This document shows positions 1 to 13,344 of a stretch of 64,000 nucleotides of DNA, piece after piece. The first letter of the stretch is position 1, and each line of letters opens with the position of its first letter. The notes beneath the pieces are model-generated. The model ran no database searches, was not told the origin of the DNA, and was given only the letters and a program-made list of their open reading frames with translations. The stretch covers positions 23,188,001-23,252,000 of the forward strand of contig NC_092354.1 of the NCBI RefSeq assembly GCF_963676685.1. The letters are read 5' to 3'. Position numbers and translations under genes: made by a program. The stretch is from Mytilus edulis (taxonomy: Eukaryota).

Positions 1-742
1 TTTTTTAAAAATGGTAAACAAAAAATCCCCACCCCACCACTTTTTGAAACCCCCATTGGAGCAATAACCCTTAAACTCATTCCCATGCTTTCTTTTGTAG
101 TATTGAACCTTGTAGTACAATTTCAGAGAGATCCATACACTTAAACACAAGTTATCGTCATGATTGGTTGGAAACTAGAAACATGCTTCTTTTTGTCCCT
201 TTTTAGGCCCTTAAATCCTACATATTTTGGGCAATTAACCCAAAACTTAATCCCAGCCTCCCCTTTGTTATATGGTACGTTGTGGTACAATTTCAGAGAG
301 ATCCATACAATTACACACAAGTTAAATTATTGTCTGGAAGCTAGAAAAATGCTTGTTTTGGCCCCTTTTTGGCCCTTAATTCCTAAACTTTGGCCCCATA
401 ACCCTGAAAATGAATCCAAACCTTCTACTTGTGGTTTTAAACATTGTGATATAATTTCAGAGCAATTGAAATACTTGTACACAAGTTATTATCCTGAAAC
501 TAGAAAAATGCTTGTTTTGGGCCCCTTTTTCCTAAACGGTTGGGACCTTCATCCCCAAAATTAATCCCAACCTTCATTTTGTGGTATTGAACCTTCTGAA
601 AAAATTTCAGAAAGATCTATTCACTTAAACTAAAGTTATTATCCGGAAACCAATGTGTCTTCTGACGACGACGACGCAGACGACTTAGACGACGACATCA
701 TACCATTATACGATCCCAAATTTTTTTTGGGGTCGTATAAAA
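1..742. repeat. Non-autonomous Helentron/HINE-like element end with internal ~165-bp tandem repeats
   Basis: Degenerate unit 'atttcagagagatccatacac...cacaagttat' recurs near 120, 290, 455 and 605, followed by a (GAC)n microsatellite and a terminal hairpin tatacgatcccaaa/tttggggtcgtata plus an A-tract. Confidence 0.55.
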
Positions 743-2989
743 ATTGGTGCCATACAAATTTCATGAATATACAAGTAGTTACTGTAGTTAATCATGGATC
801 ACCAGAGGCTATTTAATGGTGGAGCTACTCCACCGTAAATTTTTCAGCTCAACCCTTACCTTGAAAATTTTTAACAATTTTTACTTCAAAAGTATAAATT
901 CATGCCTTCATTACAATTTTTTTTTACAACGGCTTTAACATGTTTAATTTGATTATCTTTTTCCTAATTAACAGATAATGATCTTGTGTGATTGTAATTT
1001 CAATATCAGCACCACCCTTAAAATAAACTCTGTAGTGATCCCTGAGTTTTGTTCTATTTCAATACTTGAGTGACTTTTGGTATCACAAATGATACAATAT
1101 TCTGATCACAAAGCAAAATATATAAATGTAGATTCAACTTTTCACTTTTAAGACTGATATGTATGATATTAATCACAAACAGTAATTCACATAGTTATGT
1201 GCATGGCAGCAGTTTTTGTTTTTGTAATTAGTTTATGCTTGCAGAAAAAAAAAGTATTATGTTTTTTTTTAAATTAAGTTAAGAGGGTTGCTTTTTATTG
1301 AAATTACTACATGTACTATGTAATTTCAGTTTTTATAACACATTTCATTACAACTTGATGTAGTTCCTAACTTTGATATAACTGTATACTCAGAGTAGAC
1401 TCATGAAAACTGTTCTTGTCATGCTTATACCTCATTGTTACATTTTAGTGTAGTTTTAATGTGTATTTGTAACATTATCCAGAGGAATAAAATACCTAGT
1501 GATTTTTATCCACCAACAAAAATTCACTAGTTTTTTTTTTTATCCTGGTCCAGTGTAAAACATCCACCAGTCACTATAACATTCTAAAAAAGCTTTTTTG
1601 AAGGAGAAATATATATAAAATTGGGCTTATTGATATTTTTTCATGTAATTGAAACGTGCATAGTTGATCATGTAATAAATGGAGAGTTCTCGTCCAAGGA
1701 ATGTTCACACTATTGTTTTTGAACCAGGAATGATTACACTAGTTATTTTATACCGGGATTGATTACTCTAGTGCTTTAGATCCATACATTGATGAAGTGT
1801 TTTAGTACTCATTATTCATTAGATTGACTCAGATAATTTAAACTGGTTCCTTGGAAATCTAATTTTAATCCTTTTATTTATGTAAACAATAAATCGGTCT
1901 AAAATAAACAAAAACAACAATATCAAGATCGACCCTTTCACACTATTTACATCCAATATTCTCAAGGGAAAAACAGCTACCCGGAATAAAAACATGGTGG
2001 AATGAAAGTACGCTTACATATATACATTGTGTACCTACTGATTAATGAAGGATCTGACTGTTTAGGTTTTTTAATGTGTTTAGACTTTCCATTCTCAATT
2101 TTAATTTTAGTTTAGACTTAGAAGTAATATTTTTTTTTACCTTTAACTTACTCACAGTACAATACTTTAAATACCACTGAAGTGGATGCTAGGGGCCAAG
2201 GCCCAGCTTGTCAGGCAAATCAACCATTGGATGTCAGAGTAATCTCGCACTAGACGCCTTCTTGACCTTGTTGTAGGGTATGAATAATTCATTCATTGTT
2301 GAAAATCCTCCAGGGACTGTCAAGATAAAAAACGGGAATAAAAGGCCTGATCATTGATAATTTTTTCCCATGTACATGTATTGTGTGCAATTTTGACCCA
2401 TGCACATTTACTCTTTTAAAGTCTTTATCTCTTTTTTTCTATTTACTACATTCATTGTCATTCACCTGGGACATACTCAGATAAATTCCTACCTACAACC
2501 CTGACAAATTCAAGTTTTTTTTAAACCATTGTGCTAAACTTATTAATTTGACGTTACTGGTTGAAAGACACAAACGGCAAACACGGCGCGAAAAAAAAAT
2601 TTGCCAACAAATGAAGAAACGTACCCCTGAAAATAAAGAACGACGCATACAGAACTGTCAATCATATACTTACAATTATGAGAACTTCAACCAAGTAACT
2701 AAAACATCTCTACTTGAATGGTACACTGTATTGTGTCATTGCAAATCGTTGTTATCGGTAAAATTCATCAAGGTGTAGTGCAGAGACTGCGTTCCTGAAC
2801 GCCCCGGAAGTTGATTTCGAGATAAAACTAAAGATCGGAACAAACACGGAAATACGTCCGGAAAAAATATTGCGGAACAGAGCCATTGGTGATGTTCTAT
2901 TTGATCCGCAAAGAGACATTTAATTCCACATTCTTTTTTTTCGGTAGATATTTTGTCAAAAACTGGCATGGATACTTTTGGTACACCCT

Positions 2990-3308
2990 TTACCAATTCT
3001 ACTTCACCTTTATCGTTAAACATGAACATTTGACTTGTAGAAATCTTCCAAGGCCCAGCATAATTAGACTTGTAACACAATTCAATCTTATTTGATAACC
3101 TCATCCATTGTAAATTTATAATTTAATGGCTTGGTATGCTTCCGTACATCAGCAATGAATGGCTCAAGCCAGTTCTTAATATCGTATTGCCAAATTATAT
3201 CTCGGGGATTGTTTCTCTGTCATTTCGACGGAGGAAATCTGCTATTTCGCTAAAACCGGCGTCAATATCCTCATGTGTATGTCCAACATACAAAAAAGAA
3301 AGGCGAAC
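2990..3308 (-). pseudogene. Degenerate DNA-transposon transposase fragment (GHTHEDID motif type)
   Basis: After an acceptor-like tttgcag the minus strand reads VRLSFLYVGHTHEDIDAGFSEIADFLRRND, then a stop and frameshift. Confidence 0.5.
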
Positions 3309-4380
3309 CTGCAAAAAGATCCTTTTCTTAAAAAAAAATAATTTTATATTGATATGCATTTTATAAACGTCGGCATAACGATTCTTGTATTCGCATTACT
3401 TTTCTAATTGTTTTACATTTCTCTAGAGCAATATTCCGAGTCATGACAGTTTATTTCTATGGAGTATAATGTAACACTTGATACATTATTTCAGGGATCT
3501 AAAAATACGACGGGTGTCCTACGAGGAGCTGGTATTTGAGTTTTACTGTGGAATTGGAGTTATTTATTATTTTATGTAATGTCTTAAATGTTTAATCATG
3601 TATTACTGTTGGATATGGAGATGATTTATTCTAATCGACTTATCATTATCTTTTCTCGCTTTATTTTATCTTATTCATCATGTTCATACATAATGTTAGA
3701 TCCCGCTAATGCAATTATTATAAAAATGGTAGGACCTACCCTCAATTCAGTAGGAAAAAAATACATGTGTTCATTTTATGATTGTATTCCCTGGATGTCA
3801 ATACGGGTTTTAAGATATCAAATGTCTACCTCTTGAAATACTTTCATGTGCACCAGTAACTCGCAAAAACGATAATACATAGCTATTTTTGTTTTCCCGA
3901 CAGCAGTTGTGCGCTTGAATATAGAATACTTTCAACCCGGACAAAAACATAATTAAAATCTTAAATATGTTATTTTATTAATCTTGCTCATGCATTACTT
4001 GATGTGTCATAACAGGAGTTTGTTGTCTACGACATAGCTGTAATTAACTAAAATAATTGCAAGAAGCTTGTATAAATACTGCCTAAGCTATTACAGTGTG
4101 TCCGATGAACATACACAACACTATTTGTTATTCCTCCCTTACCTTGTTAATTTTAGTTGTTTAGTCAGCGTATACATATGTCAAAACAGTGAACATTTAT
4201 CTGGTAATTAAAACATTATATACATTGCATTAATTATCTTATTAGAATCATACTATATCATATACGATTACTCCAACATCAATAAATGGCATATCATAAG
4301 AATATGCAAAAGCATAAAAAACATTTGAATAAAATAATCACGGTACATGTATTGCAAGTTAAATATAAAAAAAACTTAAT

Positions 4381-4700
4381 AAAAGAGGGACGAAAGATAC
4401 CAAAGGGACAGTCAAACTCATAAATCTAAAACAAACAGACAACGCCATGGCTAAAAATGAAAAAGACAAACAGAAAAACAATAGTACACATGACACAACA
4501 TAGAAAACTAAAGAATAAACAACACGAACCCCACAAAAAACTAGGGGTGATCTCAGGTGCTCCGGAAGGGTAAGCAGATCCTGCTCCACATGCGGCACTC
4601 GTCGTGTTGCTTATGTGATTACAAATCCGGTAAATAGTCTAATTCGGTAGGTCAAATTCATGAAAGGGAAGGGGATTGTAGTTACGACGTGAGGAACATA
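4381..4700 (-). repeat. Common bivalve interspersed repeat (source of the spurious 'MPHVEQDLLTLPEHL' ORF)
   Basis: Recognisable high-copy motif gagcaggatctgcttacccttccggagcacctgagatcacccc; the ORF has no domain. Confidence 0.6.
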
Positions 4701-5639
4701 ATAATTGTGACCAGAGCTCTAACAATTTAAAATAGGTGTTTCATAAAGACAATGATATAAACATGATAATTCCCATGGAATGTCATCACTAGTTCTAACA
4801 CAGTTATAGTAAAACTATCTAAACAGAGTACAACACAATATATACTGTTGCAGTTCCTTAGGCATTACAATAAAAGCTTTAAATCAAAAGGATTTTGATT
4901 GTCAGCGATAACTTCATTTGAATTCATAGAATATGCAACAACTATCCAATAGTCACATTGATAGTGATAAGTACTGCTTGCATCATCAGAATCAAGAGTA
5001 TTTACTATGCAAACAAGTATAAGACATGGTCTTTTGCTCTGTAAATAATTGATGTAGTTATGGTCCATTTGGATGATGAAATTATTGAGTGACAATGGTC
5101 CATCAAACCAAATGAATGATTTTCATGTATAAAATGAAGCTATAACCTGGATGATTTGTTCTCCTGTCAAATCCTCATAGTCGTTCACATCGAATCCTAA
5201 AACACAGTTCACATCAGCATAAAATATTTGAGTTGGTACATCAGATGAGCTTTTATCAGTCATAAATGTATTTTCTGCTTTCCGTAACTTCAATGTAGTA
5301 TAACAAACATTGTATCCACAACTGTTTAATATCTGTTGATTTGAAAATGTTCTACATACATTAACACGTAATCCTTCCATCCAAGTAGCAAGTTGTATAG
5401 AATCAGGATGTGATAGTTGGTCTTTTATACGAACATAAAAAGTGTGAATAATACTGGTTTGTTTATATGATTTAGGCAGTAGAAAAGGCGGAAAAAATGT
5501 TGTTCCAATTGAAATATTTCCAGACGCCTGAACATTCTAACATTTTTGGAAAGATTAGAACTTGTTCTAAATCTTTACTTAGGCACCACCCTCCCTAACA
5601 ACAGGACAGGTTAGCTACTGTTTCTAAATGTATTCACAC

Positions 5640-5826
5640 TAAAATATAGTTCCCGTTTGAATGGTTTTACACTAGTAATTTTGGGGCCCTTTATAGCTTG
5701 TTGTTCGGTGTGAGCCAAGGCTCCGTGTTGAAGGCCGTACTTTAACCTATAATGGTTTAATTTTTAAATTGTTATTTGGATGGAGAGTTGTCTCATTGGC
5801 ACTCACACCACATCTTCCTATATCTA
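5640..5826 (-). repeat. Short interspersed repeat, with related copies at ~14844-14940 and ~58730-58770
   Basis: Shared motif atgtggt(g/a)tgagtgccaatgagacaactctccatc at three places in the window. Confidence 0.6.
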
Positions 5827-7469
5827 CCCTATGGTTCTCATGTATGTGCACATAAGACACAAATAAACAGAAAAAAAACTGGGTATATTATTGGAGCAGT
5901 TCATTCAAGAATGTATGTAATTAAGGTGTGTTGATGTGCAGGCTTTTTTAAAAACATTTTGATTAGGTAAGTGGGTATTGATTCCACTAGTATGATTGAC
6001 AACTGTCATTATCACTAAACAATCAGAGACAAGGTGGACCTTTACTTACAATGCCCCACCTCCTAAACTGCCAATCAAATTGACCACATTATCTATCAAC
6101 CTCAGTCTTACATAATTATACAGACCACTCCTATATGCATCTAATTCTTAATACACAAGTATTTGACCTCATAATTGAATACACAAATGTGTATATTAGA
6201 TGTTTGATATTTATAAGGATGATAGATTTATTTACTGCCAATTACTTTTGATCTACATTACATAAAGTGATTCTGTAAATTATATCTGAAAGATAAATGA
6301 TTAATGGATTAACACGTATTGATTATATTTCCATGCTGGTTTTGATAATTACACAGAGACTGCAAAGTATTATCCTGCTTTTTTTACCTCTTTGCTTCCA
6401 TTTTCCAACACTTGGAATTTTGGGTCCTCAATGCGCTTCAACTTTGTATTTATTTGGCTTTTTTAACTATTTTGATCTGAGCATCACTGATGAGTCTTAT
6501 GTAGACGATACGCGCGTCTGGCGTATAAATTTATAATCCTGGTATTTTTGATAACTAATTGGACCTCAATCTTAAACAAAAATCATCAATCATTATGTCT
6601 ATTTTAGTCATTTGAATTTTTATTAGAAGTAAATATATATTTTTGCAATCAAGAAAGAATCCACATTTCAATCAAACTAGAAAACACCCGCGAAATCGCG
6701 GGCATATACAACTTGTGAACTGTTGTAGGATGATTTTTTGTAAAAGATATTATGTATTGGGAATTACATATACGGTATATCCCTTTTCCAAAGTCCGATA
6801 TCTGTTTCCTTTCTGTTAAATTCAATTAATATATTCTTGTTTCTGGTTTACGACCACAATTATTCTTCTCCTTTGCTACAATGCTTCTTGTGGTAAAAGT
6901 CAAATCAAATTAAAAATTTGCACCGTTTCAAACATGAAATAAATTTAACTGCTTATATATAGACCGTCCATTATTAGTCTAAAACAAATTATACGCGTCT
7001 GGCGTATAAATTTATAATCCTGGTACTTTTGATAACTAATTGGACCTCAATCTTAAACAAATTACTTACTGCATATTCATCCTACTCTTCTTTACTTTAT
7101 TTTATTCACATCCGAGCATTATACCCAAACACATTTAAATGAAATACGATTTTTTTCTCTCTCTATTCACGTTCGAGCATAAAACTCGAACAATAAAAAT
7201 TTGATATAACAAAATTAAAATATCCCAAACTAATCTTTTTTTCTCTTATATTTTAACCAATAAAAAATTTACACGTTCAACAACTTGAACAATTGTTCGT
7301 GTCGTGTATGTTGGGCGATTGAACGTGTTGAACTGTGTGCATTTCAAATACAATTCGCTAATTGCTTCCTAGGGTTAACGTTCAATTTGCAAAATTGGTA
7401 TTGTTTCACCTGTAATGGACGTTAGCTGCTAGCCATATATCTATATCTTAAATTCTTCTAAAACATTTA

Positions 7470-7822
7470 CTGGTTTTGCTTTTTCAAGTTCTAAATGGAA
7501 TAGATATTTTGCATTCGGATTTATCAAATGGTACCCTATATGTCCATCCTTCATCAATTGTTGCATTCATTCGATTATTGCACAAGGTTTCTTGTGCCAT
7601 GTATACTGGAGATCCCCGAAATTTTTTTGAGTGCATGTTTGTGTGATGCTTCTGGTTTGTATAAGGGCTGAACGCGCCTCTCCAAAATCAGTTAATTTTG
7701 CACAAATTGGCTTTAAAGACCACCAATGTCCAACATCTGCATTAATGTCGTAATGGTTATTTGACACAAGGAAGTTGTCTGATTTTAAATCTGGATGAAC
7801 AATACCTCTACTGTGGAGGTAT
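7470..7822 (-). pseudogene. Protein kinase fragment
   Basis: YLHSRGIVHPDLKSDNFLV (HRD-loop variant), KLTDFGEARS (DFG), then a frameshifted GSPVYMA activation segment; no N-lobe. Confidence 0.7.
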
Positions 7823-8149
7823 TTTTTGCACCCTTCTTTTCCGGTGGCAGTCCAAATTTCCCCGCCCATCATCCCAGATGGCCTCTATTGTAGCAACCTA
7901 CCTATTGTATATATTGTGAACTTGTTCTCGTTCTGAATATGCATAAAAATATTTGCCACTGTACGTTAAGCATCAATCAATCATTTTGCAGTCACTATGT
8001 CAACTGCGAAAAAAATAAGGAACATGTTCAAAACCACTGAATTCTGAATCCCTATCAGATGCCGTCGGGATATCTTTTAGATTGTAAACTGTCTCATGCT
8101 CAACTGCAATTTTGTGAAAGTCGAAGCAAATAAAATCGTCATTTAAAAT

Positions 8150-8320
8150 AATTATTCAACCTTCGTTTTCAACATTCAATATTTGTTTTCAGCATTCACA
8201 ATTCGTTTTCAGCATTCACAATTTGTTTTCAACTTTCGTTTTCAACTTTCAAAATTCGTTTTCAACATTCAACAATCGTTGACAACATTTGATTTTCAAT
8301 TTTCAATACTCATTTTTCAC
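8150..8320. repeat. Minisatellite of ~20-bp units (ttcgttttca[a/g]cattca)
   Basis: Directly visible tandem units. Confidence 0.8.
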
Positions 8321-9231
8321 ATAGGAATATCAATACATCTGTGAAAAAAAATCTCCATGGAAAGTCTACAATTTCTAAAAATTGAGTTGATATAAGAACC
8401 CTACAAAAAAAAAAACAAGGTTCATTTCCAATTCCAAATATAATTTTTTGAAAATCAAGCACTGTCTAACACAAGTACATGAATACGTGTACTTGCATAA
8501 GGTCGATTTCTATTAGAAATATCTCATATGTTATAGTAGGCGAACAAAAAAAATCACAGTATATGATTGAGTGAAATTATTTATCAGAACTCTAAGTATG
8601 TTGGAATGCACATGAAAAAGTAACTACGTGTCATATTTGCAACCGAATGTTATACCTAATAAGAAAAGAACATAAAACAGTGTGTCTCCGGTAATATGTT
8701 GGTATATATTAGGATCAATCACTACCATATATACGCTCTATTTATTATAACCACATCACAACAGAAACAATATAATAACATCCTAAACGAAGGATTTGGG
8801 GTAAAAACCATATCAATAGATGACAGACATAATGAGGGATATCATTCCATGACACAAAATCAGTACATTCACACAGGGACTTTCTTTACTAACTAACTAT
8901 GGACAATGTACACTTATTTATGGTTCATGTCAGTTATTTACAGAATCGTATTTATTTTATATTAATACAAACACTAGAGTCATCGTTTGCAAATATTTGA
9001 ATTTTCGCGCCGAGTGCCATTTCTGGTCATTGTCGCCATCTTGAAAAAATTATATGAAATTTCCAGAAAATAGCAAATTTTCAAATCGATTTAGAAGGGA
9101 GAAGATCAAAAATCACACTATAGAAACAAAATGAATGATGTGAGGGAATATCACTCTTGTCAGATTCCATGATTTCCACATTGTAGTATTTTATTAACAA
9201 GTTTTACTATAAGTATAGGGTTATAGTTAAT

Positions 9232-9622
9232 TTAGGGGTTCGCCAAGGGGATAATCTCAGCCCTAACCTTTTTAAATTATTCATTAATGACCTCCCTGAA
9301 ATATTTGATAAAACTTGTGACCCAGTTCAACTTGATTCAATTCAGTTGAACTGCTTATTATATGCTGATGATGTAGTTTTGCCGTCTGAAACGGCAGAAG
9401 GCTTACAAAATAGTTTAGATAAGTTGTGTCTGTACTGTAATAAATGGGGATTAGAAATTAACCTTAAAAAACAAAAAGTTTGGTTTTCAACTGTACAGGA
9501 AAAATAAATCATTCATCTTTTAAATTAAATAATTGTCCTATTGACAAAGCTAGACATTATACATATTTAGGGATAAACTTCAGTGCCTCTGGAAGCTTTA
9601 CAGAGGCTAAACATGATTTATA
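9232..9622 (+). pseudogene. Non-LTR retrotransposon reverse-transcriptase fragment, truncated at the Maverick left end
   Basis: GVRQGDNLSPNLFKLFINDL...LLYADDVVL...YCNKWGLEINLKK, frameshift, then YTYLGINFS; ends exactly at the AGTAGT terminus. Confidence 0.85.
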
Positions 9623-9939
9623 AGTAGTGTAGTATCACTGAACACCCAAAGCCCCTTGAGTGTGGGTGCATAATTATAACCCCCCACCCCTTTTCAAATG
9701 GGGCCCTAAATATGAGGGGGTTATAAAATATTGGGGTCAAAGTTTTTTCTTTTTAAAAATAAGAGGGGGTTATAAATATTTTGAGGTGAAAGTGTAAGCA
9801 CTTTATAAATGTTCACTTTTAAACACTCTAATAATAATACACTGATGCAATGCGAACCTTCACACTCTATTTTGAATAACTGTCACTCCTTATAGATTTA
9901 CACTTAAAAGCATTAGCTACATAAACAGATGTTTTAACA
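9623..9939 (+). repeat. Left terminal inverted repeat (317 bp)
   Basis: agtagtgtagtatcactgaacacc...acagatgttttaaca is the reverse complement of 30187-30502 with about half a dozen differences. Confidence 0.95.
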
Positions 9940-10486
9940 CCTGTGTGAACCCCCTCCTATATACGTTTTATCAGAAACAGGTGTCTAAGCATATGACAAA
10001 CCCAATCCTTTAAAGGAACGCATTGTATTTTTTTCAAGAAACACAAGTTAAAACAGATGTCCTAAAACCCTAGCAAACCACTCCTAAATACACTGTTAGA
10101 AACCAGTGTAAAAGCACACGTTTAAATCAAACAGGTGTCTTTAAACACCTAAGCAACCACTCCTTAAATATACTACAAGTGTTTAAACATCTGTGTAACC
10201 CACTCCTTTTAAATGATTCAACACCTGAAGTTGGCCCATCCTTATATACTAAGAAGTATAAATAGTTGTGGGTTCTATTTAAGAAAACAAATAAAATCGT
10301 GTAGCGACTAAACTATAATGTAAGTATGATTTTGTAATGTGTCTAATTGTTGTTTATGTTCGATATTTTCCAGTATGAGCAAATGACTTATTGAAATTAA
10401 CGTAATGTAATCTTTGAGCAATACATTTCTAGTACTGAATGTGTTATTAAAAAAAACCAATACAAATACAAGTACAAATACTTTAT

Positions 10487-12531
10487 TCATAATGTATGCG
10501 TAATAATGTTCTGCCTTCTTGGCTTTTCTTTCTCCAACTGGGTAATCATACCCTTTAAGATGTGAATAGTAGTAGAATGATTTTCCTCCATTTTCCCTAT
10601 CACTTCTGTTAATTGTTTTATCTGGGAGGATTTTTCCCCCCAACACATTGGTCTTATACTATCTGAATGTCTATCCAGTTGTTCTCTGAAAAACAAATAT
10701 TATAAAAATAAAAAGAACAAAGCAGACATATGTAAAACAAACACTGATCCAGCAAAAACAGTTATATCATTGTCTATTGATTTAAGACAGAAAACGCATA
10801 TTGAAGAAATAACACCTTTATAAAAAAAAATGCTTTTTATATATAATTGAGACTATGTATAAAGAGAGATAACTCGATATTTTTTTCCTATAAACAATGT
10901 AGTTGTGTGTATCTGTATCGTTGATGGTTACAATATCTTTTCCTTTTAATGCTTCTTTCTCTATTTTTCTCACTGTTACAATCTAACAACGTTCAAAGAT
11001 AATCATTGATTATCAGCCAGAGAGTTTTGTTTTTTTTTGTTCAGCGCTTAATCTTAAAGTATCCTACCCCATTTTTTTTACTTTTAATAATGATTAAGGT
11101 CATATCTCGTGTTACGGTTTCATATGTTTAATAAATATACTACGTTATGACATTAAATCTTGATTTTTGGTTTGTAAACAAATGGAAAAAAAAAACAATA
11201 AAAAAGCAACTTACCTTTTCATTTTCTGATCATTTTCTTTATCCTCTGTTATCAACCGTCGTTTTACCCCTTTTTTGCTGAATAAAAAAAATCATATACA
11301 ATATATACAAAATTGATTCATTGGTTGTTGGAAAAGATTTCATGTTCATTAGGTCAAAACTAAATTAACAATAAACACAATAGATAGGTTTTGTAATAAG
11401 GTGGTCCGCGGGAGATCAAGGTCGGAGAAATGTAGATTACCACGGGAAATCGGAGAGTATATTGCATAGGGACAGAAATTCAGCCTTGCAACAGGTCACC
11501 TACGGATCCCCTGGAAGAGCTGTTGCAAGGTTTCTTAACGTGCAATAAGCGTGACACTTTCTTTACACCAGACATCATATTTATCGCCCCTATTCTGACT
11601 GGACGTAACTGCAAATTTGTACATCATATACCGAAAATTTACATATCTAAAACTTACCTAGGGGATTTCTTTTTTTCTGGTGATAAAAGTGAACTCTCTC
11701 TTGAAGATTCCACTTCATAGAATCTCTTTACACCACTACAAAATTAATCGTCAAGTTCTCAATATCAACGAATGGTTAATTTTTATGTTTATTCTTGGAA
11801 TGAAAATGAATTAAAAAAGTAGAATATAAATGTTAACAGCACATTCCCATTTTTGTGAAGATATAATGTTGTAGTTTCACATAACAGATAGAAAATGCAT
11901 ATATATATATACATCCAATATTTTTTATTTTCGCGAAAAAATATAGACTAAGCAAAAGTTTATACCTGCAGTTACTGACATTTTTATCCATTACTCCGAA
12001 ATAGCATGTGTTTAATTATATTGAAATGTCTCAGAGTTACAAAAAAAAATAATGTTATTGTCGATACATTCGTGTCCCAAATTCTTAATTTCCATTTAGT
12101 TAGGTACAATATTCCTACAAAAATACAAGAAGAGACAAGGAAACTTACGATATTGGTTCTTCTTTAAATACCGTGCCAAAATGAATGGGGCTACTCTCCT
12201 CCCCTCTCTCATCTCCCCCACTCCATGGAAAGTCTTGTAAAAATAAATCAGTCTGCGAACTAAAAAAAGAGATAAATCATTAATGTTTTCTTGTACATAA
12301 ACTAAAATGTGTTATAGGTAATTGAAAAGATATCAAACTTCCATTATTCAAATTGATTATGTAAAAGAACTTAAATTGAAAAAAAAACCATGAATGTTTA
12401 TGAAATAAATCAAAAAAAGAATAAAATCGATGGTAACGATTTTAGAATGAACTTTGAATGTTTATAAATCAAATATGTACTCACTCGGTCCAGTTGTATA
12501 CCGAATCCTCGTCTGGTAAAAAATTTACCAT
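10487..12531 (-). CDS. Predicted 5-exon Maverick accessory gene, 165 aa; acidic N-terminus, NLS/RxL/KEN motifs, C-terminal coiled coil
   Basis: Exons 12531-12485, 12259-12149, 11735-11658, 11277-11215, 10685-10487. All four introns are phase 2 with GTRAGT donors and polypyrimidine-YAG acceptors, and join into one open frame. AATAAA overlaps the stop; a TATA box lies at ~12920. Confidence 0.7.
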
Positions 12532-13115
12532 TTTTCTTTTCTATTGTAAAAAAGTATAAAACATCAGAACTTTCGTAAATTGACACATACGCACACATAT
12601 ACATATACATTTGAAGTTCAGAAATTTATTAGAAATAATATTTATTCTAAATTAAGCAAGTCAAAGTTGTTTAACCACAAAAAATCTTTTTGTTTCACAT
12701 ATTCTTATAATTGATTGGAATCAAAACTATTTTGTCTAAAACTGTATCGAAATATTGATTTAAAAAAAAAGAAAAGAAAAAATTGAAACCCTTATTTTAA
12801 GACAAAAAAAAGTAAAGTTATCAATTAATGCACATACCTTTCTCGGAATCAAGTTTTAGGTTTGAAATTCTTACTTTTTTTCAGTTGTTTTTATATCAAG
12901 TTAAGGCCAACCTTGTCCTTTATACAGTCTAATTAAATTCCTCTCGTTTTTTTTTCCCATCACGAAACATCAATCAAAATAGTGATTAACAGAGTTTCAT
13001 GATTAACCTAAATTTTATTAATCTATCTAGCACATGTATTGTACTTTAGGAAATTCAATCCATTAACTTTTAACCAAAATTAGGGCGACCTAATTTATAT
13101 TGCGTAAATGGGTCA

Positions 13116-13340
13116 TTCGCGGTCATTTTTTTGGGGGGAAAAAACAAGATAAAAAAAAATGTGTAAAAGTTAGATTCGAATAGTTTTTCCGTAAAAATAT
13201 TCATTTATTCACTTTTTATTTTTAAAATCATATAATAATAAAAAATACTTATTAAATAAATAGTAAAAAATGCATGCATCGTGTATCCGTCCTCCCTCGT
13301 TATCGCATATTGACCGCGAAATACTTATTGACCGCGAAAT
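13116..13340. promoter_or_regulatory. Repeated TGACCGCGAA(A) E2F-like sites between divergent accessory genes
   Basis: tattgaccgcgaaat at 13308-13322 and 13326-13340, plus an inverted ttcgcggtca at 13116-13125; the reverse complement TTTCGCGG fits the E2F consensus TTTSSCGS. Confidence 0.5.
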
Positions 13341-13344
13341 CAAA

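Noticed and set aside
160-564. 134-aa ORF
   Set aside because: Translation of a tandem-repeat element; no domain.
10308-10646. 112-aa ORF with a hydrophobic stretch
   Set aside because: Non-ATG start, overlaps the last exon and 3' UTR of the spliced gene in another frame; hydrophobicity reflects T-rich UTR.
12115-12148. Possible 34-nt GT-AG mini-intron giving an alternative reading of the 12259-12149 exon
   Set aside because: Too short for a typical metazoan intron and the downstream frame is low-complexity; the phase-2 chain is more coherent.
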